Shown here piece by piece: positions 51,570 to 61,522 of a DNA stretch of 64,000 bases; position 1 is the stretch's first letter, and each line of letters begins with the position of its first letter. Under the pieces are notes generated by a model that had not been told where the DNA came from, did no database searches, and worked only from the letters and a program-made list of their open reading frames with translations. Position numbers and translations under genes: made by a program. The DNA is from an uncultured Gammaproteobacteria bacterium (lineage in GTDB: Bacteria; Pseudomonadota; Gammaproteobacteria; JBGSLN01): the NCBI GenBank assembly GCA_963748135.1, contig CAVVHY010000004.1, positions 1,495 to 65,494 of the forward strand, in the 5' to 3' direction.

Positions 51570-52196
51570 ATGCGCCTAACAAAACGTGATTTAAAACTGA
51601 TACGCTTTATCAATCGTTTTGGCTTTGTTGAGATTAGCCATATCTGCGCCTATCTCGACACAAGTCCCATTACCGCCTATGCACGTTTGCGCAAACTCAT
51701 GCATCAAGGCTATCTACAACATGATTTTGTCTTTCATGGTTGTCACGGGGTTTATCGTGTTACACGTAAAGGCATGGTTGTTAGTGGTGATACCTTGCCA
51801 CCTCTAAAGCGGATCGCTATTAATCAATATCATCACGATTTGAAAGTTGTAGCTTTAAGTTTGCAATTGATCAAAATGCACGGCGGTGATTTTGTCACAG
51901 AGCGCCAATTGCGACGCGACGATGGCATTTTGCCGATTGGCCATAAAGGCCATATCAGCGATGGTGTTTTGCTTAAAGATGATAAACGCATTGCCATCGA
52001 GGTTGAACTCAACCGCAAAGGTAAACGGCGTCGGGAAAGAATCTTTAATCAACATGTGAAGAATTTTGATTTTGATGAAGTCTGGTATTTCTGTGGCGAT
52101 GAATCTATCTATCGCCAAGTCGAGCCTTATACCGAAAAAGGTGATTTCATTAAATGTCTAAGGCTTTGCGATTATCTTAAGACAGGTGAAGGATAG
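51570..52196 (+). CDS. Replication-relaxation family protein (wHTH)
   Basis: 208 aa. N-terminal LTKRDLKLIRFINRFGFVEISHICAYL..AYARLRKLMHQGYL fits the Replic_Relax pattern. It directly precedes the coupling-protein gene. Confidence 0.5.
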   Translation: MRLTKRDLKLIRFINRFGFVEISHICAYLDTSPITAYARLRKLMHQGYLQHDFVFHGCHGVYRVTRKGMVVSGDTLPPLKRIAINQYHHDLKVVALSLQLIKMHGGDFVTERQLRRDDGILPIGHKGHISDGVLLKDDKRIAIEVELNRKGKRRRERIFNQHVKNFDFDEVWYFCGDESIYRQVEPYTEKGDFIKCLRLCDYLKTGEG

Positions 52197-52199
52197 ATT

Positions 52200-53915
52200 A
52201 TGGCAACGCAATCAAATTCACAAAGCTTGTTTGATATCATCATCGATGCCATCACCGGTTCACCACGAAACCTTTTATTGTTTATGGTCATTATCATCAA
52301 TCTTTATTACTCAGTACTCGCACTTATCATTGCCATGATTGGCCTTGCCATCATGAAGATTACCAAACTGCCAGAATGGTTGCCATTGGCAATCGGTGGC
52401 ATACAAATTGTCATGGTGTGGCTCATCATCCATGTCAGCCCACATAGTCTCTTTTTGCAAAATAAGCTCGTCCTAATGCAACTCATACATGGCAACACTG
52501 ATTATCTGTCTCTCCCTATGCTTTGGCTTTGTGCCATGCCGTATGGCATTTTCTTCGCCGGCCTCTACGCGTTCATCACCCGCATTGATTCAAACCTACA
52601 TCGAGAATTAAAACGCATCGGCAAAGGCCAGATGTATTCTGCTAAGATACTTAGTTCATCCAGGCTACAAAAGCGATTGAATAAAATCGAATCTGCAGCC
52701 ATTGAGGATGGAACAGTCTTAGGCATTAATCGTATCAGTGGCGAATCATCTATTCTAAAAGACAGAGATGCCAATCTACACACACTTGCCATCGGCACTA
52801 CGGGCTCAGGTAAAACGACAGGTCTTGGCAATATCATTGAAAGCGCAATCATCCGAAGCCACCCACTCATCTATGTCGATGGCAAAGGCGATCGTAATCT
52901 CGCCAAACGCATTGAGGCCTTTGCAAAAGAACAGCAAGTCCCTTTTTATTTATTTTCAATGATTGGCGAGAGTCTTCGCTATAACCCCATTGCCGAGGGT
53001 GGTTATACGTCCAAAAAAGATCGCATCATCGAATTGCGCCACTGGTCTGAAGACCATTACCGAAAGATCGCCGAAGGGTATTTGCAAACTGTGTTTCAAA
53101 TCTTGCAGGGTGCCCATATCCAAATTGATTTATGCCAACTTGCAAATTACCTAGAGCCTGACGCGCTCTACCTGCTCGCACGTGAGCGTAATGACAAAGA
53201 CCTGGCTCGTATGGCAGACCTACTGGACGCCAAACGCAAAGATATCGCAAGTCTCATCGCTGAAATCGAGAACATGGCCAATAGCGAGATTGGTCATCTC
53301 TTTGATTGCAGCCAAGGCAATGTATTGACCCTTAGTCAAGCCTTACAAGAAAACGCGGTCGTCTATTTTTGTCTACAACCTTTAGCATTCCCAGCTTACG
53401 CCGAAATGCTCGGCAAATTCATCATCAATGACATTAAATGTCTTGCTGCATCTCAACTCACAAAAGAAGATGCACACAAGCGTAAAATCTTTACTATCTT
53501 TGATGAGTTTTCAGTGTTTGCAGGTGATCAAATCATTAATCTGATCAATCAAGGACGTGGCGCAGGTATCCATGCCGTGTTATCAACACAATCACTTTCT
53601 GATATTAATCGCAAAGGCGGCGACGCCTTGGTCGGGCAAGTACTCAATAACTGTAATAACTACATCATCCAACGGCAAAATAATCCTGAAGACTCAGAGA
53701 CCCTCGCCGCTATCATCGGTACCGAAGATAAATTTGAAGTGACATCGCAGATTACAGCAAAGCAACCTAACAGTGGTATTGGCACGGTAAGAGGCACCAA
53801 GTCATATATCATCCATCCGGATGACATCAAACGCCTTGGCCTCGGCCAAGCCATTTTAGTCAATAAACAAAACTTCAATGTTCAGCAAATCCAATTACGT
53901 AAAGGAATGATTTAG
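52200..53915 (+). CDS. Type IV coupling protein (VirD4/TraD/TraG family ATPase)
   Basis: 571 aa with N-terminal TM segments, Walker A GTTGSGKTT, Walker B IFTIFDEFSVF and GRGAGIHAVLSTQS. Confidence 0.85.
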   Translation: MATQSNSQSLFDIIIDAITGSPRNLLLFMVIIINLYYSVLALIIAMIGLAIMKITKLPEWLPLAIGGIQIVMVWLIIHVSPHSLFLQNKLVLMQLIHGNTDYLSLPMLWLCAMPYGIFFAGLYAFITRIDSNLHRELKRIGKGQMYSAKILSSSRLQKRLNKIESAAIEDGTVLGINRISGESSILKDRDANLHTLAIGTTGSGKTTGLGNIIESAIIRSHPLIYVDGKGDRNLAKRIEAFAKEQQVPFYLFSMIGESLRYNPIAEGGYTSKKDRIIELRHWSEDHYRKIAEGYLQTVFQILQGAHIQIDLCQLANYLEPDALYLLARERNDKDLARMADLLDAKRKDIASLIAEIENMANSEIGHLFDCSQGNVLTLSQALQENAVVYFCLQPLAFPAYAEMLGKFIINDIKCLAASQLTKEDAHKRKIFTIFDEFSVFAGDQIINLINQGRGAGIHAVLSTQSLSDINRKGGDALVGQVLNNCNNYIIQRQNNPEDSETLAAIIGTEDKFEVTSQITAKQPNSGIGTVRGTKSYIIHPDDIKRLGLGQAILVNKQNFNVQQIQLRKGMI

Positions 53916-53918
53916 CAA

Positions 53919-54479
53919 ATGAGCCATATAAATCTAACCAGACACCTCAGAGTAAACATAAAAGCTGCATTGCCTTGGATGATAATGATCGCCATCATTT
54001 TACTCATTGATGGCTTAATGAAATGGCAACATTTGAGTATAAATCTCACTTCATCGATGCCAATTGGTATCTATCAACGACAAGCCACAAATTCTATTCA
54101 TCGTGGTGATATTGTCGCTCTATGTCTACCAAAAGAAACTGCTTTACTTGGCTTGAAGCGTGGTTATCTACGCAAAGGCAGTTGCCCAAGCGGTGCTATA
54201 CCGGTACTAAAAGAAGTAATCGCCGTGCCTGGTGATAATGTGATGGTGACGAAGGGTGACATTATTGTGAACGGTAAACCTTATTGGGCACCGATACAAA
54301 TACGCGACCGCATGGGACGGACAATGGTTACTAAGGTTGTTTTGAATCAATCACAACAAGCTAGGGGCTATTGGCTTTATGGAATGAATAATCCCATCTA
54401 TTCGTGGGACTCGAGGTATTATGGCGAGGTACTCAGAGTCTATATCCTTGGTATATATCGAAGAATTATATATAATTAA
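53919..54479 (+). CDS. traF: Conjugative-transfer signal peptidase TraF (S26 family)
   Basis: 186 aa with a signal anchor, then INLTSSMPIGIY and VPGDNV motifs typical of TraF/S26 peptidases. Confidence 0.75.
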   Translation: MSHINLTRHLRVNIKAALPWMIMIAIILLIDGLMKWQHLSINLTSSMPIGIYQRQATNSIHRGDIVALCLPKETALLGLKRGYLRKGSCPSGAIPVLKEVIAVPGDNVMVTKGDIIVNGKPYWAPIQIRDRMGRTMVTKVVLNQSQQARGYWLYGMNNPIYSWDSRYYGEVLRVYILGIYRRIIYN

Positions 54480-54497
54480 CTTATTGGAGAATAATGT

Positions 54498-55001
54498 ATG
54501 TTAAACCAGAAACTGCCAAAATATGAGTACTATGCAATCGCGGGTGTACTTACACATAATTCTATAGAACAAATTTATGCATTAAGTAATCGCTTCTCGC
54601 TGGCTGATTGTTATTATGAAACAGCGTTATTATACGAACCACACATTACGGTTGCACGTGGTTTACATGAAATAGACAAGCCTCTTCTGAAGCAAGTTCT
54701 ATCTCAAGCAAATATCACATTTAATATCACAGGTGTTGATATTCTCGAGCCTCTTGACAAAGATTATGACATAGTTGCGTTGCCCATTCATTCACATGAA
54801 TTGATAGCATTAAACAAAACCATTCTAGTTAATACGCCACATACCCTGGAGTATGATTATCGGCCTCATGTAACACTCGCCTTTTTAAAGAAAGGTAAAG
54901 CAAAGTTCTATCAAAATATTCATTTAGATCAGGAAACAATCAAGCTCTCATTGTCACACTATGTCCTATATGACAAAGAAGGTAAAGCACAGATAATCTG
55001 A
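54498..55001 (+). CDS. 2H-phosphoesterase superfamily protein (LigT/Acb1-like fold)
   Basis: 167 aa with two H-x-T-x motifs: EPHITVARG (~54640) and RPHVTLAFL (~54865). Confidence 0.65.
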   Translation: MLNQKLPKYEYYAIAGVLTHNSIEQIYALSNRFSLADCYYETALLYEPHITVARGLHEIDKPLLKQVLSQANITFNITGVDILEPLDKDYDIVALPIHSHELIALNKTILVNTPHTLEYDYRPHVTLAFLKKGKAKFYQNIHLDQETIKLSLSHYVLYDKEGKAQII

Positions 55002-55132
55002 CTCACAAGCTGAATTAAACTCTATACTGGCAATAGCCGCCTGATGAACAAAAATATTGTTAAAATAGCTAGATTTGCTTAAATCAAAACAAACTACATA
55101 CTTTAGGCATATCCCAATGGGTATCTGTATAG

Positions 55133-55651
55133 CTAATGAATGTTACCTGAAGGGGGGGTTGCATTGATGGATCTCAGATAATCTTCATAAGATACAATTT
55201 TGCTATTATCAAGGCCTGGGATGTTTTCCCTGAGCAAGGCATAATAAAGCTGATATGGGAGATCTAAATCAAGTTTATGCCCTTTGTAAAGATACTTTGG
55301 AAAATCAGAGATGGGCACTTTTCCCTCAAATAAAACTGTAAATAGCAGTAGCCTGCCAGTTTTGATATCTTCAAGAAGTTGAGTAGGAAAATGAGGATCT
55401 TTTTCATTTATGTACTTCGCAAGCTGTTCAACATCATTCTGTGTTCGGATGAGTAAGATCGAGGGGATCCCATCAGGCGTTAGGAAGAACATGCTACCAT
55501 TAGTGTCTAATGGATAACACTCAAATGAATTAAGCTTATGAAACATGTCTTTCATGAATAGGCGAAAATTATCATCGCTTAGATGTAAATTAGTCTCAGC
55601 GAGCTTCTTTGTGTTACTTGCTCTGTTTTTCTTGATTTTATTGTGTGTCAT
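55133..55651 (-). CDS. Hypothetical protein
   Basis: 172-aa ORF with no recognisable motif. Confidence 0.4.
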   Translation of the reverse strand: MTHNKIKKNRASNTKKLAETNLHLSDDNFRLFMKDMFHKLNSFECYPLDTNGSMFFLTPDGIPSILLIRTQNDVEQLAKYINEKDPHFPTQLLEDIKTGRLLLFTVLFEGKVPISDFPKYLYKGHKLDLDLPYQLYYALLRENIPGLDNSKIVSYEDYLRSINATPPSGNIH

Positions 55652-55693
55652 AATGCCTCAACTTATATCCAACTGACACTAGTGTAATGATGT

Positions 55694-55987
55694 TTATTCA
55701 TTAACCTGATCCTTTGAGCTTGGACGGTACAATACTATTAGCAATGTCGTTAATGTATTAGTAGTAAATGACAATCCATAGCCAATTATCAATACCCAAT
55801 CAAGCTTAGTGATACCGTATATCAATGCGAGTAGGTTGATTAGATTAAAACCCAGAAATGTTAAAAGCGAAATGTCTTCCGAGTTTTTCTTTTGATATAG
55901 GCGGATGATCTGTGGGATGAAAAGACAGGCGTTAATAAACAAAGCTGCGCCAAATAATACCGATATGATTTCATCGATTAGGATCAT
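55694..55987 (-). CDS. PQ-loop / SemiSWEET-like small membrane protein
   Basis: 97 aa, 3 TM segments, FIPQIIRLYQKK PQ motif. Confidence 0.6.
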   Translation of the reverse strand: MILIDEIISVLFGAALFINACLFIPQIIRLYQKKNSEDISLLTFLGFNLINLLALIYGITKLDWVLIIGYGLSFTTNTLTTLLIVLYRPSSKDQVNE

Positions 55988-56316
55988 AGTATACTCTTAC
56001 TGGGATTTAGGAGTTGTCTACGGTATTAGTCTACACCAAATTTCGGTATTCCACATAAAGCAAAGCATTCGCAAAACCAACACTCGTCTGATAAGTGGGT
56101 ATCTTGTTAACACTTTAGGCTTCTGACTTAACCCCCTCAATGTCAGCCTGCTCACCATGTTAAATCCAGATTCCCTGATTCACATCATGTGGTTTCGTGA
56201 ATGCTTGTAATTTTAAATTTAGTAGATGTTTGGAATTTTGCAAATAAATAGGAAAATTTGGATCTTTTTGATGCAGAGGCATGACTCAGCTATACTCATA
56301 GAGCCATTAGAATATT

Positions 56317-56763
56317 TTAATATGCTTTTTTACCATGTGTTAAAATATCCCACCATTTGAATTTAACAGCAAGATAGTGATCAAGCTCCTTAGTATTGGA
56401 TGATCTGGCCAAATTTAATTCTGGCAGGCAAAATATTGCATTTGGTGACGCTTCTAACAAATGTAGCACGCCAGATGAAAAACCAGCTCCAGCGTAACAA
56501 ACTACAGCATCCATTGGCATTCTCTCAATATCACTTAAGGAGTATATTAACTTCTCATCAACGGTACCATGAACTTCTTGGTACTTACACTCAATTGCAA
56601 GTGCCGAATCAGTTATGGAATTTATAATTAGTATATCTATACGCCTATTTTTTCCGATGACAGTTTTGCCAATTGATATTTCCTTGTAGATACGTATGGA
56701 TCGAGACAAATAATGATGTTTAATATAATCTGCAATCAATTTACAATATGTGTATCCATCCAT
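56317..56763 (-). CDS. PD-(D/E)xK nuclease-fold protein
   Basis: 148 aa. RIDILI..ALAIECKYQ fits the D..(D/E)xK catalytic signature. Confidence 0.5.
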   Translation of the reverse strand: MDGYTYCKLIADYIKHHYLSRSIRIYKEISIGKTVIGKNRRIDILIINSITDSALAIECKYQEVHGTVDEKLIYSLSDIERMPMDAVVCYAGAGFSSGVLHLLEASPNAIFCLPELNLARSSNTKELDHYLAVKFKWWDILTHGKKAY

Positions 56764-56971
56764 AGTATTACCTCTTATATGAGACGATAAGACTTAAATT
56801 AAAATCATGTATGTTTAGTATAGGATAATATCAAGGTCGATGCATTGCACTAGACTGGTTTTGATAGGGAATCAAGTGGTTAAGCCATGACACAATACAG
56901 TCTTGACTTAAAATGACAAATTAAGCTAGGTCTTGAACTCTTAACTAAACATGTAGGCAAGAGTCAATTAT

Positions 56972-58003
56972 TCAATCAAACGTAATAATCCTCGTGTTAG
57001 GAATAATTATTGATGTATCTGGAAGTAAGAGTCCAACCAAATCGAACTTCCTTATATCATGTATTTTTTTATCATAAACATTAAAAAACTTTCCCATTCC
57101 TGTTTTTAAGTTTTTTGATTTAAAATTATGAGCAAGTAGAACATCATATCTCAATGAGTTGTATAAGGACACGGATGCAATCACATCATCATTTTCGGAT
57201 TTTTTGACTACTACAATATGGCCAAGTATCCTATAGCCCTTTCCTATCTCATCAAAAAGTATTGCCTCTGACGAGGTTTCTACTTGCAAATCATCCTCGC
57301 CATCTCGAATGAATTTTCTGCACGCATCAAACGCTCCATTTAATATGATATTTTTTGTATTGAAATATGCTAAAAAATTAAATGCTATTTTTGCGATAAC
57401 TCTTCTAAGTACCTTGTCAACTTTCGCTTCTATTAAAACCTTACAATCTTCAGTTTTTGGCGGCTCTAGTTCTCCTTCTTTTACGAAATTAATATTTAAT
57501 TTTTTGAATGCCTTTTTTGCTTCATCATGTCCAAGAGAAAATGCTCTAAGTTTAAGTCTGTCAGAGCTTAAATTATTCTTAATATTATTAGGTTTTGTAT
57601 GATTGAGTTTGTCTATAGGGATATAGTGCCATTTATTATTTTTTGCTTTATAGCCAATTTGCGGAATTATTCTAACTCCGTTCTCATCTAAAATTTCAAC
57701 ATAAAGACCCTTGAATTCTCCTTCAGCAAGCGTCATGGTGACTCTTTTACGCTCTATGTTACTTGGTTTTTTACCATGCCTTGAACGCATAACATGCCCT
57801 TCATAGCTATCTCTTGCTAACCATCGTTCTAATTTACTGAATTCATTATTACATTTATCACATACCTTTTTAGTCTTTTCTTTTTTTGCATTTAGAATTA
57901 AATTTTTTGGATTAAATTTTCCAAAACTTTGTGGAATCACATGTTCACGTTTGCTAAATTCAGCAATTTTTTTTTGCTTCTTACAATAGATACATATTGG
58001 CAT
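56972..58003 (-). CDS. HNH-endonuclease-domain protein with long C-terminal extension
   Basis: 343 aa. N-terminal CIYC..(S)KREHVIPQSFG..CDKCNNEF is a Cys4/His HNH-type zinc finger. Confidence 0.6.
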   Translation of the reverse strand: MPICIYCKKQKKIAEFSKREHVIPQSFGKFNPKNLILNAKKEKTKKVCDKCNNEFSKLERWLARDSYEGHVMRSRHGKKPSNIERKRVTMTLAEGEFKGLYVEILDENGVRIIPQIGYKAKNNKWHYIPIDKLNHTKPNNIKNNLSSDRLKLRAFSLGHDEAKKAFKKLNINFVKEGELEPPKTEDCKVLIEAKVDKVLRRVIAKIAFNFLAYFNTKNIILNGAFDACRKFIRDGEDDLQVETSSEAILFDEIGKGYRILGHIVVVKKSENDDVIASVSLYNSLRYDVLLAHNFKSKNLKTGMGKFFNVYDKKIHDIRKFDLVGLLLPDTSIIIPNTRIITFD

Positions 58004-58085
58004 ATACGCTTCTCCTGCTTATTCTAATTATAGACAAAAACAATAAGTTGTATTTAATATAAGCGTATATTCTGTTAGGAGATAC

Positions 58086-59282
58086 TTAACTGTAAGGTAA
58101 TACCGCATCTCTTGCCAATAACACATTAAAATTTATCCCAGGTCTTATCCTAATAGTCGGTTGCACATTCATCTCCTTGGCAACCAGTTGCATCGCGGCT
58201 TGGCTCATCTGTTGGCCTATGGCGGCGAAGATGATTTGCTGGGTGGTGAGTTGGTCGGTGCGTTGTTGCGGTTGGCTGAGTTGCCCTAATGCGCCGAAGA
58301 CGCTAAACATCAGGGCTGAGCCGAATACGCGCGTGTAGTGATGATCGGTGATGTCTGATAGACCTGCCATGCCAGCGAGATCGACGCCGGTTTGTCCGTT
58401 TAGGTCATATGAATTGCCGTTTGGGAAGATTAAGCGTGACCATGCGATTAAGACGCGGGATTGGCCGTAGGTGATTTGTGAATCGTAGACGCCGACAAGT
58501 GTTGTCCCTTGGGGTATTAATAAATAGTTGCCGGTGACAGTATCAAAGACATCGCGTCTGACTTTGGCGATGATAGTACCTGGTAAGTCGGAGTTGATGC
58601 CGGTGAGTAATGTTGCAGGGATGATGGTGCCGGCTTTTAATTCATAGGGTGAGAGTGGTTTTTTGAGGGTTGAATGGATGTAATCGTCGTTGCTTTGGTT
58701 GGTTCTTTTTAAGAATGCTATCTTCTCGCTTTGAGCATTTGTGTTGGTGTTTGGGTTATTTGCTGTTGTATTGGCATTCTCTGAGTCATTAATATCGTTT
58801 TGTGAACTGATAGTTGAGTTTGGGGTGTTGGCTGCCACTTCATGATGATACACCGACAATTGTGCATTGCTGGCGGCCTTAAATTCGCTGCTGCTAAGCC
58901 CTGAGTTGGTGTCTGAATTATCTGCGTTGGTATCGCTGTATGATGTGGCTGTCTTTGCATTAGTTGTGTGATGTCCATGAGCCTTTGACTTGTCTCTCAT
59001 AACAAGACTGGGTTTATGCGGCTCTTTTTGGATTTTATCGACCATCTCTGTTGAGTCATCCTCATCAACTATGGCGGTGAAGGTTTTTCTAACCATTCTT
59101 GGTGTGGATTGTGCGTATTTATCGATAAAGATAAGAAAGAGCACGATAAAAGTAAAGGCGATGCCTGCGAGTAGTATCAATAAGCGTTTACTAAAGCCTG
59201 TGCCTTTAGGTAGCTTAGGTAAGTATGATTTGGTTTGCGGTTTTTGATGCTGATTCATGTTTTGCCCCTGCCTCTCATCCAA
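58086..59282 (-). CDS. virB10: T4SS VirB10/TrbI
   Basis: 398 aa with TM anchor, low-complexity N/T/S-rich linker and a conserved C-terminal TrbI domain (GTIIPATLLTGINSDLPG..GQSRVLIAWSRLIFPNG..GVDLAGMAGL). Confidence 0.9.
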   Translation of the reverse strand: MDERQGQNMNQHQKPQTKSYLPKLPKGTGFSKRLLILLAGIAFTFIVLFLIFIDKYAQSTPRMVRKTFTAIVDEDDSTEMVDKIQKEPHKPSLVMRDKSKAHGHHTTNAKTATSYSDTNADNSDTNSGLSSSEFKAASNAQLSVYHHEVAANTPNSTISSQNDINDSENANTTANNPNTNTNAQSEKIAFLKRTNQSNDDYIHSTLKKPLSPYELKAGTIIPATLLTGINSDLPGTIIAKVRRDVFDTVTGNYLLIPQGTTLVGVYDSQITYGQSRVLIAWSRLIFPNGNSYDLNGQTGVDLAGMAGLSDITDHHYTRVFGSALMFSVFGALGQLSQPQQRTDQLTTQQIIFAAIGQQMSQAAMQLVAKEMNVQPTIRIRPGINFNVLLARDAVLPYS

Positions 59283-60216
59283 AATTCTTATTATCGATTT
59301 CCACTTTTTCTTGATGAAAACCTTTGCCTGAGATTAAAAAGGCGCGTTGAAAAAGCCCGTCGATAATGTAATACGGTTGTTTGTAACGATAATTGACGAG
59401 TGCGAGCTTTTTATTTTTTTGAATGTAGAGCACGGGTAAGTCCATACGCTCAGTGATGGGTGGCATTTGGATATAGGTTTTGTCGCCATCATCAAAAATG
59501 CGTGTCGGCAGCCATGCGGGTCTATCGCCCGCAAGTTTATAATTAAAATTGAGATGGTTTAAGGCAACATCGGTACTTTGTGATACGGTTTGTGCAGCAA
59601 TGCCAGTGGTTTCATCATCATGCGCTTGAGTAGTGGCTTCTTGCAACGTTTCTTCTGGATAATAAAAGGTAACCACATGGGTCTTAGCATCTCGTTTACT
59701 GACTAATCCAATGTTATAAGTACGTTTATCGGTCGTGATAATGATATCGGTGGCGATATTGTAGCGTTTAGGTTTAAGTGTCACTTCATACGAGCCATCG
59801 TTTGCCGTACCCACACGTGCTGTACTCACCAGCCAATGGCTTTGATCGCCGATTTGAATATCATTGATCACTTCGCCTTGTTCGAGTTGGATGACACAAA
59901 GGTGTAACGGTTCACAGGCGATAATGGGATGTGAATATCGATTATAGGCCAATGTTACAAAACCATCGGCATCGATGTCTTTTGATTTACCATTTTTTGA
60001 GAATTCATCATAGGCCTTTACCACTTCAGGATTATTGCCATAGCCATACGTCGCTTTGACTTTTGGCATAGGTTCATGCACGGGTACTTGCTTTGTGACG
60101 ACGTGATTCGGATTGATGAAGTCATCCGGATTATATTTTACAACTTCGTCACTCGCGCAACCGGTTAAGACGTAACCGATTGCAAGTAAGAATACGATTT
60201 TGAATACATTAGACAT
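59275..60216 (-). CDS. virB9: T4SS VirB9 (lipoprotein)
   Basis: 313 aa with lipobox LTGCAS. Its position between virB8 and virB10, with overlapping stops and starts, fits VirB9. Confidence 0.8.
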   Translation of the reverse strand: MSNVFKIVFLLAIGYVLTGCASDEVVKYNPDDFINPNHVVTKQVPVHEPMPKVKATYGYGNNPEVVKAYDEFSKNGKSKDIDADGFVTLAYNRYSHPIIACEPLHLCVIQLEQGEVINDIQIGDQSHWLVSTARVGTANDGSYEVTLKPKRYNIATDIIITTDKRTYNIGLVSKRDAKTHVVTFYYPEETLQEATTQAHDDETTGIAAQTVSQSTDVALNHLNFNYKLAGDRPAWLPTRIFDDGDKTYIQMPPITERMDLPVLYIQKNKKLALVNYRYKQPYYIIDGLFQRAFLISGKGFHQEKVEIDNKNFG

Positions 60217-60985
60217 GTTGGTTTACCTCTACTTCATCATTCGACCAAGAAAGTTCAGTAATATAAAACCCGAGTGGATTATGTTTGACGATAGTTTCGT
60301 TTTGCGATGGCGCTTTAAAGACATAAGCCATTTCTGCAATGTAATTGGCAGTGTGTACGACATTACCTGAGTTGACATCGCGGCTCACTTCACGCCATCT
60401 GATATCAAGTGTGTGGGCTGATTTTTGTAACATGCTGGTAATGACAATGCTTTTGACGATATGCTGTGCGATGCTATCCGGTTCATGACGCTTATAGAAG
60501 TCTTTCAAGACTTCGGTGGCTGCACCGCTTGTCAGTGAATAGCTACCTATGACATGTTCGGCATTGGCATCGCCATCGCTTGTAACAGTGCGTGCGTCAC
60601 GAATAAATTGTTTGGCAAAATAGATGGCAAGCTTTGGTTTGGCTGATGTGAGATCCGCTTGTTGGTTTAGGGTCAAGACCTCATTGCCGTGAATGATAAA
60701 AGGGATCGGTTTGACCTTGGTTTCTGCGGCAATAGTGATAATGCCGATGATGGCGATAACCAGTGTGATGGCCAAGATGAGTGACAATCGATAACTATTT
60801 TGCAGTTTTACTTGCAAGGAACCGTACATATCATTCCAAAGCAGTTTGGATTGTAGATAAGGGTTATTGGCAAGTTTGTTGTCATAGTCTTTGGTCGGTT
60901 GCGAAGAGCTTTGAGCCTTTTTACCGCCCTTGAATGACAGAAACTTGGCTTTTAAACTTAGTAATACATCGGCAATTTTATTCAT
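60209..60985 (-). CDS. virB8: T4SS VirB8
   Basis: 258 aa with a single TM and a periplasmic NTF2-like region. Call rests partly on gene order. Confidence 0.75.
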   Translation of the reverse strand: MNKIADVLLSLKAKFLSFKGGKKAQSSSQPTKDYDNKLANNPYLQSKLLWNDMYGSLQVKLQNSYRLSLILAITLVIAIIGIITIAAETKVKPIPFIIHGNEVLTLNQQADLTSAKPKLAIYFAKQFIRDARTVTSDGDANAEHVIGSYSLTSGAATEVLKDFYKRHEPDSIAQHIVKSIVITSMLQKSAHTLDIRWREVSRDVNSGNVVHTANYIAEMAYVFKAPSQNETIVKHNPLGFYITELSWSNDEVEVNQHV

Positions 60986-61000
60986 GCGTTTTGTTCTCTC

Positions 61001-61522
61001 CTAATTCACATTCTTTGATTCTTGGTTTTCTAAGCACTGCATTTTTAATCGGATCAATTTGTTCCAGATCAAAGAATTTAGTTCCCGACGAAGCAGTGTA
61101 AGCATGCTACTTATGATATAAAGAGCATACAAACAAGGCTCCAGGTGATAACCAAAAAAGCTAAAGCCAAATTGATAGTGGGTATGTAACCCAGCAAAGC
61201 CCATAAAAAAGGTGATAAACCATATCAATTGTGAACGGTTGGCATAACGGATTGGCAGATAAAGCATGCAACCTTGCATAAAATAAAAGACATCACTTAG
61301 CACGAAATGGATGGGCGAATATTTATAGGCAAGCGTGATACCAACAGTTGCCACGGCAAGTATCACCATCCAGACAAAACATTTTGGATCTTGCTCATTT
61401 CGCTGATAGCTTCGATGTTGATAGAGACTTAAAAATAAGCGATTAAAGATGCCTTTGATTTGACGACGGTCAATTACAATCGCATCGATTCCTTGTTTGT
61501 TTCCTATGCGCCGGTTTTCCAT
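61001..61522 (-). CDS. Small polytopic membrane protein of the virB operon (unknown role)
   Basis: 173 aa with about 4 TM segments. It sits between virB6 and virB8, where virB7 is usually found, but it is not lipoprotein-like. Confidence 0.45.
   Translation of the reverse strand: MENRRIGNKQGIDAIVIDRRQIKGIFNRLFLSLYQHRSYQRNEQDPKCFVWMVILAVATVGITLAYKYSPIHFVLSDVFYFMQGCMLYLPIRYANRSQLIWFITFFMGFAGLHTHYQFGFSFFGYHLEPCLYALYIISSMLTLLRRELNSLIWNKLIRLKMQCLENQESKNVN

Noticed and set aside
58004..58085. Claiming the T4SS truly lacks VirB11/VirB2/VirB3
   Set aside because: The window ends inside virB4 and the operon is rearranged. Absence can be stated only for the visible 64 kb.
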